NCBI GenBank assembly: GCA_029098265.1
Contig: JAQXNZ010000158.1
Span: 1-53,383, forward strand
DNA: 53,383 nucleotides
From: Clostridia bacterium
GTDB taxonomy: Bacteria > Bacillota > Clostridia > Lachnospirales > Anaerotignaceae
Direction: 5' to 3'
Positions within the stretch are counted from its first letter, which is position 1; each line of letters opens with the position of its first letter. Positions 36,091 through 45,538 of the stretch are shown piece after piece. Both the position numbers and the translations under genes were made by a program. The notes beneath the pieces were generated by a model, which worked only from the letters and a program-made list of their open reading frames with translations, was not told the origin of the DNA and did no database searches.

Positions 36091-38727
36091 TTATTTTAAT
36101 GCCGCAAGTCTTTCTTCTATCTGTTTAAGAGTATCTCTGTATTTAACGCCTTTAGCTTTTTCTTCCTCGATAACATTTGCGGGAGCCTTGGCGATGAAGC
36201 CCTGGTTTGCAAGCTTCTTTTCAACTCTTTCTACTTCCTTGAGCATCTTGTCTCTTTCCTTAGTAAGACGTTCTATCTCCTTGGATATATCAACAAGCTC
36301 AGCAAAAGGCATATAGAGTGTTGCTCCGGGGATAGCGGCTGATACTGCATCGGAAGCTATGCCGTCTTTGCTGTCCTGAATGATAAGCTCACTAGCATAA
36401 GCAAGAGTCTTGAAGAATACTCCGCTTCTGTCAAATATGTCTGCAATACTGCTGTCAGATGTAACAACGTATACAGTAGCCTTTTTAGAGGGTGCAACGT
36501 TCATTTCCGCACGAACATTTCTTATGGCTCTTACGGCGTCCTTAATAAGGTCGATTTCCTTTTCGTTTTCCTCAAAGTTCCATTCAGCCTTGTATTCGGG
36601 CCATGCAGAAAGCATTATTGTTTCCTCATCACTCTGAAGGTGAAGGAATAATTCCTCTGTTATGAAAGGCATGAAGGGGTGGAGAAGCTTAAGAGCGTTA
36701 ATAAGAACGGTCTTAAGTGTCCAGAGAGCCGCATCTCTTGTGCTGTCCTCTTTATTGTAGAGACGGGGCTTAACCATCTCGATATACCAGTCGCAGTATT
36801 CGTCCCAAAGGAAGTCTCTTATCTTCTGAGCCGCAAGACCGAGCTCATAGGAGTTAAGATTGTCCGTAACGTCCTTTGTAAGAGTGTTAACCTTGCTCAG
36901 TATCCATTTGTCGGCGCTTGTAAGGTAAAGCAGTCTGTCGTCGTCCTTTTCGTCCTCAAGGTTCATAAGCACGAAACGTGAAGCGTTCCAAAGCTTGTTG
37001 TTGAAGTTACGGCAGTCGTCCAGTCTCTCCCAGTAGAAACGCATATCGTTTCCGGGTGCGTTGCCTGTAACAAGCATGAGACGAAGGGCGTCGGCACCGT
37101 ATTTATTGATAACGTCAATGGGGTCTATGCCGTTGCCGAGGCTCTTAGAGAACTTACGTCCCTGGTCATCACGGATAAGGCCGTGGATAAGAACGTCGCT
37201 GAAAGGACATTCGCCGACCTGTTCAATACCGGAGAATACCATTCTGATTACCCAGAAGAATATGATGTCATAGCCTGTTACCATTGTGTTTGTGGGATAG
37301 AAGTGCTTAAGCTCCTCTGTGTCATCGGGCCAGCCCAGTGTTGAGAAGGGCCAGAGGGCAGATGAGAACCATGTGTCCAGTGTGTCCTCGTCCTGCTTGA
37401 AGTCTGTGCTTCCGCACTTGGAGCATACAAGTCCCTCAGGGTCTTTAGTTACCTCAACATGACCGCATTTCTGGCAGTAGTAGGCGGGAATTCTGTGACC
37501 CCACCAAAGCTGACGGGAAATACACCAGTCATGGATATTTTCAAGCCAATGCATATATGTCTTGCCGTAACGCTCGGGAATGAAGCGGAGGGTGCCGTTT
37601 TTGTAAACCTCCATAGCGGGCTTAGCGAGCTCCTCCATCTTTACAAACCACTGGAGCTTTATCATGGGCTCAACAATCTCGTTGCATCTTTCGTGTACGC
37701 CTACGGAGTGAGTGATGTCCTCTACTCTTACAAGAAGCCCCATTTCGTCAAGCTCCTTAACGATGAGCTTTCTTGCTTCATATCTGTCCATTCCCTCATA
37801 TTTTCCGCCGTTGGAGTTTATGGTTCCGTCGTCGTTGAATACGTTTATCTTTGGAAGATTATGTCTTTCGCCAACCTCATAGTCGTTGGGGTCGTGGGCG
37901 GGTGTTATTTTAACTACGCCTGTACCGAATTCTCTGTCAACATATTCATCGCCGATGATGGGGATTTCCTTGTTGACAAGGGGAAGTATTACGCTCTTGC
38001 CTATAAGGTGTTTGTATCTGTCGTCCTCGGGATGAACGGCAACGGCTGTATCACCGAGCATTGTTTCGGGACGGGTAGTAGCAAGCTCAAGGAATTCATC
38101 AGTACCTGCGATAGGGTATTTAATGTGCCAGAAGTGACCTGCCATATCAACATGGTTTACCTCTGCGTCGGATATTGTAGTCTGACATTTGGGGCACCAG
38201 TTGATGAGCTTTTCGCCTCTGTAAATATATCCTTTTTCGTAAAGTCTGATAAAGGTTTCAAGTACAGCCTTTGAGCAGCCCTCGTCCATTGTGAAGCGTA
38301 CTCTGTCCCAGTCACAGCTTGAGCCGAGCTTGCGAAGCTGTTTGAGGATTTCCGAGCCGTATTCCTCTTTCCAAGCCCATGCTCTTTCGAGGAACTGTTC
38401 TCTTGTTATATCGTTCTTTGTGATGCCTTCCTCAGCCATTTTCTGAACTATTTTAACCTCAGTTGAAATAGAAGCGTGGTCAGTGCCGGGTATCCAGAGG
38501 GCATTGTAGCCGCTCATTCTTTTCCAACGGATAAGAATATCCTGGAGGGTGTTGTCAAGGGCATGTCCCATGTGGAGCTTGCCTGTGATGTTCGGGGGCG
38601 GCATAACTATTGTGAATGGTTTCTTTGATTTGTCTACTTCGGCATGAAAATATTTTTTATCCAGCCAGTTGCTGTAGATACGTTCCTCAATACTGGGATC
38701 GTAGGTCTTTTCAAGTTCGTGTATCAT
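36091..38727 (-). CDS. valS: Valine--tRNA ligase
   Basis: PPPNITGKLHMGH (HIGH-like), DWCISRQLWWGH, DTWFSS, KFSKS, C-terminal coiled coil. Confidence 0.98.
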   Translation of the reverse strand: MIHELEKTYDPSIEERIYSNWLDKKYFHAEVDKSKKPFTIVMPPPNITGKLHMGHALDNTLQDILIRWKRMSGYNALWIPGTDHASISTEVKIVQKMAEEGITKNDITREQFLERAWAWKEEYGSEILKQLRKLGSSCDWDRVRFTMDEGCSKAVLETFIRLYEKGYIYRGEKLINWCPKCQTTISDAEVNHVDMAGHFWHIKYPIAGTDEFLELATTRPETMLGDTAVAVHPEDDRYKHLIGKSVILPLVNKEIPIIGDEYVDREFGTGVVKITPAHDPNDYEVGERHNLPKINVFNDDGTINSNGGKYEGMDRYEARKLIVKELDEMGLLVRVEDITHSVGVHERCNEIVEPMIKLQWFVKMEELAKPAMEVYKNGTLRFIPERYGKTYMHWLENIHDWCISRQLWWGHRIPAYYCQKCGHVEVTKDPEGLVCSKCGSTDFKQDEDTLDTWFSSALWPFSTLGWPDDTEELKHFYPTNTMVTGYDIIFFWVIRMVFSGIEQVGECPFSDVLIHGLIRDDQGRKFSKSLGNGIDPIDVINKYGADALRLMLVTGNAPGNDMRFYWERLDDCRNFNNKLWNASRFVLMNLEDEKDDDRLLYLTSADKWILSKVNTLTKDVTDNLNSYELGLAAQKIRDFLWDEYCDWYIEMVKPRLYNKEDSTRDAALWTLKTVLINALKLLHPFMPFITEELFLHLQSDEETIMLSAWPEYKAEWNFEENEKEIDLIKDAVRAIRNVRAEMNVAPSKKATVYVVTSDSSIADIFDRSGVFFKTLAYASELIIQDSKDGIASDAVSAAIPGATLYMPFAELVDISKEIERLTKERDKMLKEVERVEKKLANQGFIAKAPANVIEEEKAKGVKYRDTLKQIEERLAALK

Positions 38728-38751
38728 CTTTTTCGTCCTTTCTGAAAAATC

Positions 38752-38980
38752 TAAAAAGGACTTTCACCCGAGTAAGGGCGAAAGTCCGCGGTACCACCTT
38801 AATTTCCGTAAAAATACGGCTTTAATGCCTTAACGCGGCTTACGGCTTCGGCTAATGAAACTTTCTCACCGAAACTGCTGACGGGCTACCTTCCTCCGCT
38901 GTAGCATGCCGTATCTTTCAGCCGACGGATACAGCTCTCTTTAATGTACGCACGGAATACTCCTCCCGCTTCATAGCATT
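38752..38980 (-). promoter_or_regulatory. T-box riboswitch, valine specifier
   Basis: Minus strand: AGTA, AGAGA and GCTGAA boxes, specifier GTA (38889-38887), T-box AAGGTGGTACCGCG (38800-38787), terminator GGACTTTCGCCC..GGGTGAAAGTCC-TTTTT. Confidence 0.95.
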
Positions 38981-39007
38981 TATACTGTTTTTTACGAATA
39001 TAAAAGT

Positions 39008-39036
39008 ATAATAGTGAAATTTAAGCGGTTTGTCAA
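39008..39036 (-). promoter_or_regulatory. Sigma-A promoter of the valS leader
   Basis: TTGACA-N17-TATTAT. Confidence 0.75.
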
Positions 39037-39213
39037 GGGATTGAAAAGGCAAAATGCTTAAAAGAGCGGAAAATATAAAAGAGGCAGGCTTTTCCGATAT
39101 TTTTACGATTATCTTAAATTGATATGCGGCAAATTGAAAGTTATTGTACTGTATGATATTATTTTGGTGTAATCATAAATTTTTTGCGGAGAACATAAAG
39201 GAGGATGACAGCT

Positions 39214-39660
39214 ATGGATATTCCTTTGACCGCAGTATGGTTCATACTGTTTATTGTTTTTGTTGTCGCAGAGATAGTAACGGCAGGCGCACTTGTATCA
39301 ATATGGTTCTGCTTCGGCGCTTTGGCGGCGATGTTTGCGGCAATGGGCGGTGCTTCGCTGACATCTCAGGCAGTAATATTTATTGCGGTGTCGGCAGTGC
39401 TTCTTGTGCTGACAAAGCCTTTTGCGGGAAAGCTTCTTAACGGCAGGATACAAAAGACCAATGCTCCCGCACTCATTGGAAAGCAGGGCATTGTTACCGA
39501 AACCGTAGATAATTCTTCCTCAGCGGGAGCTGTTAAGGCCGACGGAAAAATATGGTCGGCTAGAAGCAGTGACGATAAGGAAATAATAGCCGTGGGAGAA
39601 AAAGTAGTTATACTGGACATACAGGGAGTTAAGCTGATTGTAAAGAGAGAGGAGCGATAA
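39214..39660 (+). CDS. Short NfeD-family membrane protein
   Basis: Hydrophobic N-half, LIGK.G.V, G.V..DG..W.A OB-fold; upstream of an SPFH gene (track start 39205). Confidence 0.9.
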   Translation: MDIPLTAVWFILFIVFVVAEIVTAGALVSIWFCFGALAAMFAAMGGASLTSQAVIFIAVSAVLLVLTKPFAGKLLNGRIQKTNAPALIGKQGIVTETVDNSSSAGAVKADGKIWSARSSDDKEIIAVGEKVVILDIQGVKLIVKREER

Positions 39661-39661
39661 T

Positions 39662-40576
39662 ATGCCGGGATTTATTATTTCTAAATTACTGCTTTTTATT
39701 GTAATAATACTAATAATAGTTATTATCATTTCAAACATCAAGATAGTGCCCCAGGCTCACGCCTATGTGGTGGAAAGACTGGGTGCCTACAATGCCACAT
39801 GGGGAACGGGACTGCATTTTAAAATTCCCTTTATTGATAGGGTGGCAAAGAAAATAAGCCTTAAGGAACAGGTTGCGGACTTTCCGCCCCAGCCCGTTAT
39901 AACAAAGGATAATGTAACGATGCAGATAGATACCGTAATATATTTGCAGGTGACAGACCCTAAGCTGTATACCTACGGCGTAGACAGCCCCATAAGAGCC
40001 ATAGAGAACCTGACGGCAACAACGCTGAGAAACATAATCGGAGATTTGGAGCTGGACCAGACTTTGACGTCAAGGGACATAATCAATTCAAAAATGAGAG
40101 TTATACTTGACGAGGCCACAGATGCCTGGGGAATAAAGATAAACCGTGTTGAGCTTAAAAACATCATGCCGCCCAAGGAAATACAGGATTCTATGGAGAA
40201 GCAGATGAAGGCCGAGCGTGAAAGACGTGAGAAGATATTGCAGGCCGAGGGTGAAAAGAGAAGTGCCATACTTGTGGCCGAGGGTGAAAAAGAAGCCGCT
40301 ATCCTCAGGGCGGAAGCCGATAAGGAAGCTGCCATAAAGAGAGCCGAGGGTCAGGCGGAAGCAATACTTAAGATACAGCAGGCACAGGCCGAAGGCATAA
40401 AGATGCTGAATGAGGCAAGTCCCGAAAAGCAGGTCATAGCCCTTAAGAGCCTTGAAGCCTTTGAAAAGGCCGCCGACGGTAAGGCAACTAAGATAATAAT
40501 TCCGTCGGAGATACAGGGAATGGCAGGACTTGCGGCTTCACTTAAGGAGCTGATAAAGGACGATGAAAACAAGTAA
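39662..40576 (+). CDS. SPFH/stomatin-like (QmcA-type) protein
   Basis: VVERLG, Q.VITKDNV, TTLRNIIG, WGIKINRVE, QMKAERERR, AEG repeats. Confidence 0.95.
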   Translation: MPGFIISKLLLFIVIILIIVIIISNIKIVPQAHAYVVERLGAYNATWGTGLHFKIPFIDRVAKKISLKEQVADFPPQPVITKDNVTMQIDTVIYLQVTDPKLYTYGVDSPIRAIENLTATTLRNIIGDLELDQTLTSRDIINSKMRVILDEATDAWGIKINRVELKNIMPPKEIQDSMEKQMKAERERREKILQAEGEKRSAILVAEGEKEAAILRAEADKEAAIKRAEGQAEAILKIQQAQAEGIKMLNEASPEKQVIALKSLEAFEKAADGKATKIIIPSEIQGMAGLAASLKELIKDDENK

Positions 40577-40586
40577 TATAAAATTG

Positions 40587-40608
40587 GACGCACAAGCGTC
40601 CTTTTTTT
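40587..40608 (+). terminator. Terminator of nfeD-SPFH
   Basis: GGACGC-ACAA-GCGTCC-TTTTTTT. Confidence 0.8.
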
Positions 40609-40756
40609 AATTCAATCAGAGGTATGCAATTCGGTGCTTCGGACAGATGCCGAACCGGAATTACCGCACAGGCTTTACTAATAAATATAAGCAGTGTATG
40701 TTTGTAAAATTTTATCTCATTTTCCGCATTTTTTTACTAAAAATCTTTGTTTCCTC

Positions 40757-40785
40757 TTTACTTTAGCGTGCTACTATGATAATAT
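40757..40785 (+). promoter_or_regulatory. Extended -10 promoter overlapped by a HisR-like operator
   Basis: TTTACT-N17-TAATAT with TGn; TACTTTAGCGTGCTACTATG (40759-40778) matches the left half and part of the right half of the Firmicute HisR box as I recall it (YACTTTANYNNRNTAAAGTR). Confidence 0.5.
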
Positions 40786-40829
40786 GATGAAGACTTAATA
40801 AAATAAATCTATTAGGAGGAGATTTAATT

Positions 40830-41684
40830 ATGAAGAAATTTTTAGCAGCGGCTGTTGCTGCAGTTATGGCTCTCTCTGTTATGACAGGATGTTCATCAAA
40901 CAAGTCTGCAGAGGAAAATACAGCAACCGAAACAGAGACCGAAGGCGAGGCTGCATCTGACAGAACCCAGTTAATCGTTGGTTTTGACGCAGAGTATCCC
41001 CCTTACGGATACATGGATGAAGCAGGCAACTATGTAGGCTTCGACCTTGACCTTGCTCAGGAAGTTTGCGACAGAAACGGCTGGGAGCTTGTTAAACAGC
41101 CCATCGACTGGAACTCAAAGGATATGGAGCTTAACTCAGGCTCAATCGACTGTATCTGGAACGGCTTTACAATTACAGGCCGTGAAAGCGAATATACATG
41201 GAGCGATCCTTATGTTGACAACAGTATCGTTTTCGTTGTTCTCAGCGACTCCGATATTCAGACAAAGGAAGACCTTGCAGGCAAAATAGTTGTTACACAG
41301 GCTGACTCATCAGCTCTTACAGCTCTTACAAACGAAGAGGATAACGACGAGAACCTTGCCCTTGCCGCTTCATTTGCTTCACTTGAACAGGTAGCAGACT
41401 ACAACACAGCATTCATGAACCTCGAAAGCGGACTTGTTGACGCCATCGCAGTTGATATCGGTGTTGCTCAGTATCAGCTTTCTTCAAGAGGAGACCTCTT
41501 CAGAAAGCTTGAGGAGCCCCTTTCAACAGAGCAGTATGCTATAGGCTTCAAGCTTGGCAATACGGAGCTCAGAGACCAGGTTCAGGCAACTCTTTACGAT
41601 ATGGTAGAGGACGGTACATTTGATAAAATAGTTGCAAACTATACAGATTACAACCTTGACCAGATGGTCTGCTTAGGAAAGTAA
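40830..41684 (+). CDS. Polar amino-acid ABC transporter substrate-binding lipoprotein
   Basis: Lipobox MTGC, GFDAEYPPYGY, GFDLDLA, IDW, IDCIWNG. Confidence 0.95.
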   Translation: MKKFLAAAVAAVMALSVMTGCSSNKSAEENTATETETEGEAASDRTQLIVGFDAEYPPYGYMDEAGNYVGFDLDLAQEVCDRNGWELVKQPIDWNSKDMELNSGSIDCIWNGFTITGRESEYTWSDPYVDNSIVFVVLSDSDIQTKEDLAGKIVVTQADSSALTALTNEEDNDENLALAASFASLEQVADYNTAFMNLESGLVDAIAVDIGVAQYQLSSRGDLFRKLEEPLSTEQYAIGFKLGNTELRDQVQATLYDMVEDGTFDKIVANYTDYNLDQMVCLGK

Positions 41685-41688
41685 GCAC

Positions 41689-41960
41689 GACCGCTCCCGG
41701 TGGGAGAAGAAGGGAGTGTGAAATTCTGTGAGATACAAGCATTACGAGATTACGAAGTAATGCGCCGATATCGAACAGAGGAAATCAAGTTAGACCGCTC
41801 CCTAGAAAAATATAATAATACACTGTTTCTATACGCAATCGGCGAAGATTTTTCTTCGCCGCTTTGCGCTTTATAAAAAACCAAAATAAATTCTCTTATA
41901 ACGGGCAGGAGCAGTATGTTCAGAGCACCCTTCCCTAAGGAGATTCTGAACACACTGCTC
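41689..41960 (+). other. Structured intergenic region (three stem-loops and a 10-bp direct repeat)
   Basis: GACCGCTCCC at 41689 and 41793; stems at 41712-41802, 41840-41861 and 41909-41960. Confidence 0.6.
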
Positions 41961-41980
41961 ACTATAACAGAAAGGACACG

Positions 41981-42637
41981 ATGTTTATGTCATTTTCAGC
42001 AATGCTGTCACAGCTTGTCGGCGGTTTCGGCCAGACAGTGCTCATATTCGCTCTTACGCTTGTATTCTCACTGCCGCTGGGCCTTCTTGTGGCATTCTGC
42101 AGAATGTCAAAGTTCCGTCCGTTAAGCGGACTCACAAAGATTATTATATCAATACTGAGGGGCACGCCTCTTATGCTTCAGCTTTTTGCATGGTTCTACG
42201 GACCGTTCTATATTTTCGGTATAAAGCTGACAAGCAGTTACAGATTAATAGCAATAATACTCGGCTTCTCGGTCAACTATGCGGCCTATTTTGCGGAAAT
42301 ATACCGTTCCGGTATAGAGTCAATTCCCGTAGGACAGTATGAGGCCGCCAATGTACTGGGCTACAGCAAGAGCCAGACCTTCAGCAGGATAATATTCCCC
42401 CAGATGGTAAAGAGAGTGCTTCCTCCCGTCACCAACGAGGTAATAACACTGGTTAAGGATACATCCCTTGCCTTCGCCATTGCCTATACGGAAATGTTCA
42501 CCATCGCAAAGCAGATAGCGGCGGCTCAGACAAGTATTATGCCGCTTTTCATAGCAGGCGTATTCTATTTTATATTTAATTTTATTGTTGCCCAGGTAAT
42601 GGAAAGAATAGAGCGAAAGCTTAACTATTATCGTTAA
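41981..42637 (+). CDS. Polar amino-acid ABC transporter permease
   Basis: RGTPLMLQL, AAYFAEIYRSGI, GQYEAA..LG, LVKDTSL. Confidence 0.95.
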   Translation: MFMSFSAMLSQLVGGFGQTVLIFALTLVFSLPLGLLVAFCRMSKFRPLSGLTKIIISILRGTPLMLQLFAWFYGPFYIFGIKLTSSYRLIAIILGFSVNYAAYFAEIYRSGIESIPVGQYEAANVLGYSKSQTFSRIIFPQMVKRVLPPVTNEVITLVKDTSLAFAIAYTEMFTIAKQIAAAQTSIMPLFIAGVFYFIFNFIVAQVMERIERKLNYYR

Positions 42638-42649
42638 GGAGGGGATAAG

Positions 42650-43408
42650 ATGAAAATACTTGAAATCAATCATTGCAGAAAACAGTTTGACGGCGTTGAG
42701 GTATTAAAGGACATATCCCTTTCCGTTGACGAAGGACAGGTTGTGTCCATAATAGGACCTTCGGGTTCGGGTAAATCCACGCTTTTAAGGTGTGCCACAC
42801 TGCTTGAAACAATGGACGGCGGAGACCTTATCTATATCGGCGAGCATGCGGCAAAGGACAGCGAAAACGGCTCTGTATACGCATCTGCCGAACAGCTTAA
42901 GAAAATTAAGTCCAATTTCGGACTTGTATTCCAGAATTTTAATCTCTTTCCCCATTACTCGGTAATGAAGAACATCACCGAGGCACCTATTCTTGTTCAG
43001 AAAAGGAACAAGGACGAGGTGTATGAGGAAGCCCTTGTACTGCTTAAGAAAATGGGACTTTCGGACAAGGCGGATTCTTACCCCTACCAGCTTTCGGGCG
43101 GACAGCAGCAGAGGGTGTCCATAGCCAGAGCCCTTGCCATGAACCCCAAAATACTTTTCTTTGACGAGCCCACATCGGCCCTTGACCCTGAGCTTACGGG
43201 AGAGATACTTAAGGTAATAAAGGATTTGGCGGCGGAGCACATGACAATGGTAATTGTTACCCATGAGATGTCCTTTGCCAGAGATGTTTCCAACCATATC
43301 ATATTCATGGACGGCGGCGTTATCGTTGAGCAGGGTAACCCCTCTGATGTCATAAACAATCCTCAGCAGGACAGAACGAAGCTTTTCCTCAGCCGCTTCC
43401 AGCAGTAA
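42650..43408 (+). CDS. Polar amino-acid ABC transporter ATPase
   Basis: GPSGSGKST, VFQNFNLFPH, LSGGQQQRV, FDEPTSALDPE, VTHEM. Confidence 0.96.
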   Translation: MKILEINHCRKQFDGVEVLKDISLSVDEGQVVSIIGPSGSGKSTLLRCATLLETMDGGDLIYIGEHAAKDSENGSVYASAEQLKKIKSNFGLVFQNFNLFPHYSVMKNITEAPILVQKRNKDEVYEEALVLLKKMGLSDKADSYPYQLSGGQQQRVSIARALAMNPKILFFDEPTSALDPELTGEILKVIKDLAAEHMTMVIVTHEMSFARDVSNHIIFMDGGVIVEQGNPSDVINNPQQDRTKLFLSRFQQ

Positions 43409-43414
43409 GGTGAT

Positions 43415-44242
43415 ATGATGGATATTGAGTTTGTAAAGCTTTCGCCTACACGAAATATGACAGTGCTTGTAAAAACGCCCGTTCCGAGGGATAAACAGGC
43501 TCTTGTCGGTCAGCTTATAATGGATTATTCCAATGTATATGCCGAGCAGGTTGGATTTTTGGAAAAGCCTGAAAATCCAAAGGCGGCTGTCAGACTGCAA
43601 ATGGCGGCGGGAGAATTCTGCGGCAACGGTACAATGGCCGCAGCAGCATATTTGGCTCTCAAAAATGGCATAAACGCAGGGGAAAGTGTAGATATTCCTA
43701 TGGAGGTATCCGGTGCCGATGACTTGCTTGTGTGCAGGATTAAGGCAGATGAAAAGGGATATACGGGAACGGTGGCTATGCCGCTGCCGTTAGATGTGAG
43801 AGATTGCCGATATGAAATAGGCGGAAGAGAATACAGCCTTTCTACCGTTTTCCTGCCGGGTATAAGGCATATAATACTCCCGATTGATGAAATAGGCTCC
43901 GACTTCCGAAATATTCTCGAGACCTCGGCGGATGAACTCAAAAAGCAGATTGAGGACGAGGCTTTCGGAATTATTGTATATGACAAAATAAACAGCCGCA
44001 TTGACCCTCTGGTCATTGTTAAAGCTTCTCACAGCATGTGCTGGGAGGGCGGCTGCGGCAGCGGAAGCGAGGCATTGGGCATATACTTAGCCTGCCTGAC
44101 AGAGGGAAGCGTTGAGATACCGCTTAAACAGCCCGGCGGAACAATAACCGTAAATGTCAAATATGATAAAGGAATAAAAGCAGTCTCCATAACAGGCAAA
44201 GTAACCGTTGCCGCCGAGGGAACTGCATATATAGATTTATAA
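43415..44242 (+). CDS. DapF-fold two-cysteine racemase, CntK/histidine-racemase-like
   Basis: K.SP..NMTVLV, EQVGF, L.M..GEFCGNG and WEGGCGSG match CntK-type motifs rather than DapF (which has GNDF, MCGNG, ACGTG). Confidence 0.75.
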   Translation: MMDIEFVKLSPTRNMTVLVKTPVPRDKQALVGQLIMDYSNVYAEQVGFLEKPENPKAAVRLQMAAGEFCGNGTMAAAAYLALKNGINAGESVDIPMEVSGADDLLVCRIKADEKGYTGTVAMPLPLDVRDCRYEIGGREYSLSTVFLPGIRHIILPIDEIGSDFRNILETSADELKKQIEDEAFGIIVYDKINSRIDPLVIVKASHSMCWEGGCGSGSEALGIYLACLTEGSVEIPLKQPGGTITVNVKYDKGIKAVSITGKVTVAAEGTAYIDL

Positions 44243-44254
44243 AACTGTATTAAT

Positions 44255-44291
44255 GCACTCGCAGAAGATGAACCTCTGCGGGTGTTTTTTT
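44255..44291 (+). terminator. Terminator of the ABC-racemase operon
   Basis: GCACTCGCAGA..TCTGCGGGTGT-TTTTTT. Confidence 0.8.
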
Positions 44292-44393
44292 GCGCACTGT
44301 CGTGCTTCGGACTGACTTTGGAGATTAAGTATGAGCATTATCGGACATATATGTTAAATTAAAAAATAAATTAAAAACATTTTAAAATACCTA

Positions 44394-44441
44394 TTGACAA
44401 ACAGATGCTATTATGTATAATTGTATTAAGTAATTAATACA
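44394..44441 (+). promoter_or_regulatory. Sigma-A promoter plus YtrA-type operator
   Basis: TTGACA-N16-TATAAT followed by the palindrome TGTATTAA-GTAA-TTAATACA (44422-44441). Confidence 0.8.
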
Positions 44442-44465
44442 GAAGTACAACAAGGGAGTGATAAG

Positions 44466-44840
44466 ATGATATGGTCGTTTAAAGAGGACAGACCGATCTA
44501 CTCACAGCTTATGGATCAGATAAAACTGGGCATCATTTCGGGAGAATGGCTTCCCGGGACAAAGCTTCCGTCGGTCAGGGAGCTGGCTCAGGAGGCAGGG
44601 GTAAATCCCAATACGATGCAGAGGGCAATGGCTGATTTGGAAAGAGAAGGTTTGGTTTATTCAAAGAGAACAAGCGGAAGATACATTACGGAGGATGAAG
44701 CGATGATAGATAAAATCAGGTCGGATATAGCCGTTGAGAACATAAATAATTTCATCGAAAGCATGAAAAAGCTCGGCTATACCCCACAGGACACACTGAA
44801 TGCTGTGGTTAAGGCAGTAGAGGAGGTTGAGGAAGTATGA
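44466..44840 (+). CDS. GntR/YtrA-subfamily repressor
   Basis: PIY.QL, LPSVRELA, VNPNTMQRA..LE.EG; short C-terminal tail; precedes ABC genes. Confidence 0.93.
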   Translation: MIWSFKEDRPIYSQLMDQIKLGIISGEWLPGTKLPSVRELAQEAGVNPNTMQRAMADLEREGLVYSKRTSGRYITEDEAMIDKIRSDIAVENINNFIESMKKLGYTPQDTLNAVVKAVEEVEEV

Positions 44841-45538
44841 CGGAATTCGTACTTGATATAAAGAATATTAATAAAAGCTACGGTAAAAAGAACGCACTGA
44901 CAAATATAAGTCTCAGCCTTGAAAGAGGAAAGATAATAGGCCTTCTCGGCCCTAACGGCAGCGGAAAGACAACGCTTATAAAGCTCATCAACGGCCTGCT
45001 TACACCAAACAGCGGTGAAATACTGGTGGACGGAAATCCTATTGGAAAGGACAGCCATATTGACGTGTCATATCTTCCCGATAAGACATATCTTCCCGAT
45101 TGGATGAAGGTTTCCGACATTTTTATGATGTTCTCTGACTTTTATTCCAACTTTGATATTGAAAAGGCAAGGGATATGCTGAGAAGACTTAACATAAATG
45201 AGAGCGACAGACTTAAAACTCTTTCCAAGGGCAATAAGGAAAAGGTACAGCTTATATTGGTTATGAGCAGAAATGCAAAGCTGTATCTGCTTGACGAGCC
45301 CATCGGCGGAGTTGACCCGGCAGCAAGGGACTATATACTGAACACCATAATCACAAACTATAATCCCGATGCCAGTGTAGTAATATCCACCCACCTTATA
45401 TCTGATATTGAAAAGGTACTGGACGAAGCGGTATTTATCAACAACGGCGAGATAGTACTCCATGAAAGTGTGGACGGAATAAGAGAAAATTACGGTACGT
45501 CTGTGGACGGTTATTTCAGGGAGGTATTCAGATGTTAA
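44837..45538 (+). CDS. ABC exporter ATPase (YtrB-like)
   Basis: GPNGSGKTT, LSKG, LDEPIGGVD, STH. Confidence 0.93.
   Translation: MTEFVLDIKNINKSYGKKNALTNISLSLERGKIIGLLGPNGSGKTTLIKLINGLLTPNSGEILVDGNPIGKDSHIDVSYLPDKTYLPDWMKVSDIFMMFSDFYSNFDIEKARDMLRRLNINESDRLKTLSKGNKEKVQLILVMSRNAKLYLLDEPIGGVDPAARDYILNTIITNYNPDASVVISTHLISDIEKVLDEAVFINNGEIVLHESVDGIRENYGTSVDGYFREVFRC

Noticed and set aside
37459-38274. 271-aa ORF antisense to valS
   Set aside because: Shadow of a codon-biased housekeeping gene
40620-40700. Possible riboswitch upstream of the amino-acid ABC operon
   Set aside because: Only one hairpin, no lysine, SAM, glycine or T-box consensus, and it lies upstream of the predicted promoter
42785-43600. 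271-aa ORF antisense to the ABC ATPase and racemase
   Set aside because: Shadow ORF with no independent signals
43415-44242. Diaminopimelate epimerase dapF, or a staphylopine locus
   Set aside because: DapF-specific motifs are absent, and there is no cntL, cntM or metal-type importer in the window
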